A stretch of DNA of 64,000 nucleotides. Source: Candidatus Heimdallarchaeota archaeon. Its GTDB lineage: Archaea; Asgardarchaeota; Heimdallarchaeia; Heimdallarchaeales; Heimdallarchaeaceae. Within the stretch, counting starts at the first letter, position 1. Each line of letters opens with the position of its first letter. The position numbers and the translations under genes were made by a program. The stretch covers positions 81,583 through 145,582 of the forward strand of contig DXJF01000011.1 in the NCBI GenBank assembly GCA_019057375.1. Direction: 5' to 3'. Of the stretch, positions 61,304 to 64,000 are shown piece after piece. The notes under the pieces are model-generated. The model worked only from the letters and a program-made list of their open reading frames with translations, had not been told where the DNA came from and made no database searches.

Positions 61304-62680
61304 TCAATATGAAGTCACTGAAACATCTTTATCTTTAGCTGATGTTTTAGGTCTTATTTTCTTCCAGATTTTCTTAATTGTTTCTGCATCATTTGGGTGA
61401 GCATATACTCTTACAAGTGTAAAAAGAGACCTATAGGCTCTCGGACCTGCGAAAGTTGTAATATAGGAGGTTGTGTTCAAAGCCTCATTAAGAGTAAATG
61501 ATTTTGAGCCAGGACGAATTTTCTCATAAGGATCATAAATATAGATATTTGATGCTTGAAACTCTTGTTCATTAATTGTTGATAGTTTGTAAGTAGAATC
61601 AATTTTCATATCAAATTCCAAAGAAATATTCTTCTCTTCTGTGTGGCTTTCAATTTTCTTGATGAATGATTCTTGAGAAGTTATGTTGCATAAATCTTCA
61701 ACACTAATACCTAAATTCTCAGCTGTTGATTCATCAATAATCTTTTCCCAAACAGCTTTGTAGAGTCTACGATCAAACAAATCTTTAACAAGTGATTTTG
61801 CTTTTGCAAGCTTATCTGAATCTTTTGAGAATATTTCACCAACAAGAGTATATTCATTTAAATAGGTATATGCCGCCAAATCATTTGTTCGTTCTATAAG
61901 ATTCAATGGTTCACAAGCTTCTCTTAACATTTCATGAATCGTTATATCTGCTGCTCTCGCAGTTTTATGGAAATACACATTTTTGTATTCGAAAAATCTT
62001 CCAATAAGGGATGAATAAATGTCATCTAAGCATTTCCAGTTATAGTGAATTGCATCTTTCCTGAGGTGTTTTTGAATCGTTGTATTGTTAATAATTCGAT
62101 TAACAGCTATTATACCAAAATGCAATGTACCTGCAAAGAAAGAATCCCTGAGCATAAAATCCAATCTGTCTGCACCAAGTGCTCCTTGAATTAGGGGGTG
62201 CATGATATAACTTTCCCCATCCCAGACTTTCATGAGTTCTTCTGGTGCGACAAATTCTTCAATAAAAGGCTTTAGAAACTCAGAGTTAACCATTTTATCT
62301 CGATGAACATCATGTCCATGAGGTGCGTTTGGATATACTCTTTTAAAGACTACATCATCATATGTGTGGCTAAAAGGACCATGGCCTATGTCATGTAAGA
62401 GTCCAGCTAAACGTGCTATTTGAGTTTTTTCCACTACATCATCATCTTCTCTAAAAACTTCTTCAGCATATTTACCTGCTAAGTGCATGACACCAACACT
62501 ATGGGTAAATCTAGAATGGATAGCTGAAGGATAAACTTGTCTAACACCAGATAATTGGCTGATCCATCTTAATCTTTGAAAGATGGGAGTGTCTATAATT
62601 TTATTCTCGATTTCTGTCATACGAATTTCATCGTATATGGGATCTCGGATTGTACGTGTAAAATTCAGCACCTTTGTCAT
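61304..62680 (-). CDS. HD-domain phosphohydrolase (SAMHD1/dNTPase-like)
   Basis: IRDPIY, FQRLRWISQL, HSRFTHSVG, LHDIGHGPFSH, ADRLDFMLRD. Confidence 0.92.
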   Translation of the reverse strand: MTKVLNFTRTIRDPIYDEIRMTEIENKIIDTPIFQRLRWISQLSGVRQVYPSAIHSRFTHSVGVMHLAGKYAEEVFREDDDVVEKTQIARLAGLLHDIGHGPFSHTYDDVVFKRVYPNAPHGHDVHRDKMVNSEFLKPFIEEFVAPEELMKVWDGESYIMHPLIQGALGADRLDFMLRDSFFAGTLHFGIIAVNRIINNTTIQKHLRKDAIHYNWKCLDDIYSSLIGRFFEYKNVYFHKTARAADITIHEMLREACEPLNLIERTNDLAAYTYLNEYTLVGEIFSKDSDKLAKAKSLVKDLFDRRLYKAVWEKIIDESTAENLGISVEDLCNITSQESFIKKIESHTEEKNISLEFDMKIDSTYKLSTINEQEFQASNIYIYDPYEKIRPGSKSFTLNEALNTTSYITTFAGPRAYRSLFTLVRVYAHPNDAETIKKIWKKIRPKTSAKDKDVSVTSY

Positions 62681-62842
62681 AGGAATTCCTCAATACACTT
62701 ATTGCTTAATTAATATTACAACCTTTTAATCTTTTTGCTTATAAATAAAGTTACGACAAAATTCGATTCAACACCTCTAGGCACAACTGTAAGTTAACTC
62801 AATCCATAAAATACCTGTTTAGATTATAGAATCTAAACTTGT

Positions 62843-62919
62843 TGGTGGACCGACCGGGATTTGAACCCGGGGCTACTTCATTGCGAACGAAGCGATCTAC
62901 CAGGCTGATCTATCGGCCC
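62843..62919 (-). tRNA. tRNA-Ala(CGC)
   Basis: Cloverleaf; CTTCG-TTCGCAA-TGAAG; encoded CCA. Confidence 0.95.
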
Positions 62920-63026
62920 GAATATTATATCATCATTTGTAACAATTAATAAATTTTAGTTTAGAAAGAGAATTCTGAAATTGAAGTTTTTCAAAAAAGG
63001 ATTGATTAGGAAGAATAACTAATATT

Positions 63027-63440
63027 CTATCCAGAACTCTTTATTCGCATGATTTTGCTTTTTCCAATTGCTTTCCAGTATTCAACTTCAGCTCCTTCCT
63101 TAATTTGAGCCTTCATCTCTTCATCATCTGGTAGCGCTGTTTCAAATGTTTCATAAGTCTCAAGATCCATCATTTGTGCACTGTCGTCACCAACGGATAA
63201 AACTTGAGCATTTCTTTTATCAATAATTGGAGATTGTAGTTTTAAGTCACCTGGAATAGAGATTTCTGTTTTACTTCCTGTGAATATATTTTCTATTTTC
63301 ATTCTACATTTTGTGTGACCATGTTTGCCGCTTTTTGATTTTTCAATTGAACGAACGAGAAAAACTTCATCGTTTTGTATAATATGATTCCCTTCCTTAA
63401 TTTGGCTAGCTCTAACTGGTGTAATATCATATTCAGACAT
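63027..63440 (-). CDS. eif5a: Translation factor aIF5A
   Basis: KSKSGKHGHTK hypusine loop. Confidence 0.97.
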   Translation of the reverse strand: MSEYDITPVRASQIKEGNHIIQNDEVFLVRSIEKSKSGKHGHTKCRMKIENIFTGSKTEISIPGDLKLQSPIIDKRNAQVLSVGDDSAQMMDLETYETFETALPDDEEMKAQIKEGAEVEYWKAIGKSKIMRIKSSG

Positions 63441-63614
63441 TTTTTGATCCCCTTTGAAAATTCTTTTCTGTTTTATTTATAAGTTCAATTGATATAATAT
63501 ATTTAAAGGATTTTGGTCATCATTTTCAAACTATCTTATACAAAATGTAAACGAATAGAATCAGTTATGAACTAACTTAAGAATAGAAGAGATGTTTTTA
63601 TCCATCAGAAAGAA

Positions 63615-64000
63615 CTATCTTTGAGGTTTGGGCTTCTTACCAATAACAATTTGCTTGATAGCAACTCCATTAATATGAGTAACTTGCCATTTAACACCAG
63701 GGATGTCTCCCATTGCTCCCTTCTGAGCTCCTCCAATACTACAAACAATTACTTCATCATGTTCATCAATATATAAGAGCCCACCATCATGAGGAACAAA
63801 AGCACCCACTTGTTTTCCATTCTTAGTAAGTCTAACTCTTACACATTTTCTTAAAGCTGAGTTTGGTTGTTTACTTTCTACACCATATTTTTCAACAACA
63901 ATTCCTCTTGCTGCTGGAGCACCCTCTAATGGATCTGTTTTTTTGTCTAATCTTAACATTCTTCGCTTGTACTGCATATCCTTCCATCGGAAGTTTTTTC
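63615..64000 (-). CDS. rps12: Ribosomal protein uS12 (5' end beyond window)
   Basis: [19 protein letters not shown]; frame stays open upstream of the track start ([10 protein letters not shown]). Confidence 0.97.
   Translation of the reverse strand, partial: KNFRWKDMQYKRRMLRLDKKTDPLEGAPAARGIVVEKYGVESKQPNSALRKCVRVRLTKNGKQVGAFVPHDGGLLYIDEHDEVIVCSIGGAQKGAMGDIPGVKWQVTHINGVAIKQIVIGKKPKPQR

Overview
AT-rich archaeal chromosome segment. The rRNA and protein content (Rab-like GTPase, roadblock protein, OSTC/DC2-like protein, archaeal r-proteins) points to an Asgard archaeon, probably Heimdallarchaeia (inference). Core content: partial 23S and complete 16S rRNA (both minus strand, ~11.4 kb apart), four tRNAs, three r-protein clusters, rpoD, RPA, RFC, Cdc6, TrpRS, NadE, TruA, RtcA, ADP-dependent kinase, a Tad-like pilus locus and a KaiC-like/roadblock/FIST/Rab operon. 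Three results are not in the ORF track. (1) Six unannotated 20-24 aa acidic micro-ORFs share the pattern YDP-acidic-(P)PxWxP; all share a conserved ribosome-binding context and three share a 34-bp upstream element. Five of them flank two paralogous ~530-560 aa TPR-like helical proteins, suggesting a peptide/receptor (RRNPP-like) or peptide-modification system. (2) The 16S 3' end is duplicated and its processing-stem arm is triplicated, with the copies separating accessory genes (a nuclease-STAND defence candidate and a 1647 aa membrane protein), as if DNA integrated repeatedly at the 16S 3' end. (3) A 31-nt BHB-type intron interrupts 16S helix 45. A 36 aa OST4-like membrane microprotein is also proposed. 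All family calls come from motif recognition by eye; no database searches were run.
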